NCBI GenBank assembly: GCA_027923505.1
Contig: BROI01000037.1
Span: forward strand, 185,490 to 205,489
From: Mayamaea pseudoterrestris
Taxonomy: Eukaryota
Reading direction: 5' to 3'
Length of the DNA: 20,000 nt
The position numbers and the translations under genes were made by a program. Under the pieces are notes generated by a model. It ran no database searches and was not told the DNA's origin. It worked only from the letters and a program-made list of their open reading frames with translations. Position 1 is the first letter of the stretch, and each line of letters begins with the position of its first letter. Positions 17,901-20,000 of this stretch are shown one piece after another.

Positions 17901-20000
17901 ACCCGCACTCAACGATGGTATTCCTGGACATGCCGGATGCCAAGCAGCGCAACTATACGTTTGCATGCAGAGCCGATTGATTCGCGTCTGCCGATGGCGA
18001 ACAAGGGACAAGTTCCGTCGACGCTCATGCAGTTTATCAACGATTGCGGTGCTCCACCGGTCTAATATCAGACGGAGCCAAGGAAGAAAACAGCCTGGCG
18101 AGCGAATCGAACGCCAGTTTATGATCCGTAAGCACTGGGTCAGCGAACCGGAAAACCAACAGCAGAATCCAGCGGAACGCGTTATCGGCGACGTCGGCGC
18201 GCACTGTCAATGTCAACATGGATCGAACCGGATCGCCTGCACCAACCTGGCTGCTATGCACTCTACATCGTAGCTCTGCTCGCCCTCATGTCCCGGTCAC
18301 GTCTTCTGGTGGCATGACCCCATATCAAAAGGTATATAATGAAGTACCCAATATCTCTGCCTACCTCAACTACCACTGGTGGCAGCCCGTTCGATACAGC
18401 GCAAACTCTACATCGCTCAACCAAACCAATGAGCGCGCTGGACGCTCGTCGGGTAGCTGATAACGTCGGTGATGCTCTAACGCTACTGGGTCTTGGACGA
18501 GGAAACACATCAAGTTGTCGCCCAAAGCATTGTAACGCTCGTCGAGACGATCTTAATCCAAACATCCGTCTTGATTTACCAAGTCGAAGCTTCTCCCGAA
18601 GCGCGTGTTAGTATACCCGAAGGTGGAACTCAAGAGAGCTTCCAACTCGGCACCCAAAGCTCCGAAGAAGAGGGGCTACCCACTGATGAACCCGTTCCTA
18701 CTGAAACGGCGACGACGGACCCAGTTCGCCCGGAGATGAACCATTCGTCGGAGCAGTCCCACCAGCGGCCGCCATCAGCCCGTCCTCAAGCGCATCCACG
18801 CGGACCAATCGATTACTACCTGCATTCTCACCTGAAGAACTTTACAATAAGCGTTTACTCGGCATACTCAGGATGGGTGGCTCCATGGAGCGGCGAATGG
18901 TTCACAAGCTCGAAACCATGGACGCAGCCAACCATCATAACATCAAGTTCCTACTCCAATCGGCGAAAACGAAGCTGAAGAAGTCATCGATTACATCCGA
19001 CTCTGCGAATTGTTCGAAAAGGACCAAGCAGCAAAGGTAAGCGATCCTGAACACAACTGGACGTTTAAAGCAATCCTATGATCTAAGGGCCACTCGCCAG
19101 CAATCCAACGGATGGAAAGGCTCCATGTATAACATCAAAGTCGTGTGGGAAGAGCACCAACTCGCGACTTGGGAGCCTTTGAACGCTGCTTAGCGACGAC
19201 ATCATTTCCTGCGCACTACGCCCGGCGAACGGTGGGTCACTACTCAACAAGAAAGGCTGGAAGTTCCTACTTGACGCAGCCCGACGCGCACGTAGTCGCC
19301 CGTCGAACCGTAAAGCCAACGACGCAGCACCCGTGCACGTTCGGCGTCAGGTACCACGATCCAAAGGGCTTCGAAAGTTCCAAGAAGAACTCCGGCATAC
19401 CAAATGGACCGACGCGGAGAAGGTAGAGCTGTCAAGCCTGTTCGATCACGACACCTTCATTGATCTCGGATTGAATGCCGCGCCTCCCGAAGGCTATCAA
19501 AAGATTCGCACTATCTGGGTCTGCGACTGCAAGCAAGACTTTCGTTCACAAGGCTCGGATGGTTGCGGTGGACACCTTACTGATCCTGTCGACGACTCAT
19601 ACTCGAAGCGTCGTTTCACTGGAATCGCTGCGCCTAGCGCTGGCGATAGGGAGTTGAATGGACTCACTCCCATGGTAGCGACATCGAAATGCTTACCTCG
19701 AAGCAAAACCAAGAAAAGATTTACTTCATCGCTGGACCTGAGTTCGGCGACTTGGAAAACCACACACTCATCATCTACAAAGCACTCTACGGCTCCGCAG
19801 AACAAGGCACGATTCCCGACCGCTCTGAAAACGGAAGGCTTCAAAGCCTGTCGCCCGATCACGTTTGGATTCGTGCTGGCCATTCTTGAATACTTTCACT
19901 GTCACCGACGCCTGCTAATGATTGCCCGGGCGCATTCTACGACATTCTTCGCAACAAGTACAAGTTCAAGCTCAAACGTCGGATGCCCAGAGTACCATCT
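14952..20000 (+). pseudogene. Fragmented gag-pol of element 2
   Basis: Homology to element 1 switches frame repeatedly and no long ORF remains. This could be decay or uncorrected long-read error. Confidence 0.7.

Larger units (their letters stand above)
14449..20000 (+). mobile_element. Second Ty1/copia (CoDi-like) LTR retrotransposon, element 2; many frameshifts, 3'-partial
   Basis: Fragments collinear with element 1: Gag from about 14952, GRG repeats at about 16110-16210, STTAMSAMSAITQP, MMDRGANG (about 16775), IRIKETLKNTTQFY..FPGANV, DTLFSDTPALNDGIPGHAGC, QQQNPAERVIGDV, MDRTGSPAPTWLLCTL, ISAYLNYHWW and KIYFIAGPEFGDLENHTLIIYKALYG. Confidence 0.93.

Noticed and set aside
1..20000. CRISPR array, RNA genes, or a prokaryotic RT-based defence system
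   Set aside because: No spaced repeats or RNA-gene structures were seen. The RT is copia-type within LTRs and the context is eukaryotic (spliceosomal intron, MYND finger, MSH2).

Overview
Compact eukaryotic DNA, most likely a diatom or other stramenopile (inferred from gene density, a 75-bp intron and CoDi-like Ty1/copia proteins). Host genes: the 3' end of a MYND-finger gene, a two-exon sulfotransferase-like membrane protein gene (-), a cysteine synthase-like gene (+), MSH2 (-), and an apparently truncated membrane/secreted protein gene (+). A full-length 6,871-bp Ty1/copia LTR retrotransposon (3580-10450) has two 354-bp LTRs with no difference by eye and an AAGCT target-site duplication. 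It sits inside the stop codon of MSH2, so the MSH2 frame now runs into the antisense LTR for 20 extra residues and the native 3' UTR is displaced by about 6.9 kb. A second, related but heavily frameshifted element starts near 14.45 kb and runs off the window. The two share a positionally conserved LTR motif, a non-canonical primer binding site resembling the complement of a tRNA anticodon arm, an RG-rich Gag with no zinc knuckle, an integrase with no HHCC, and a chromodomain-like module. Element 1 Gag also has a SAM-like N-terminus.
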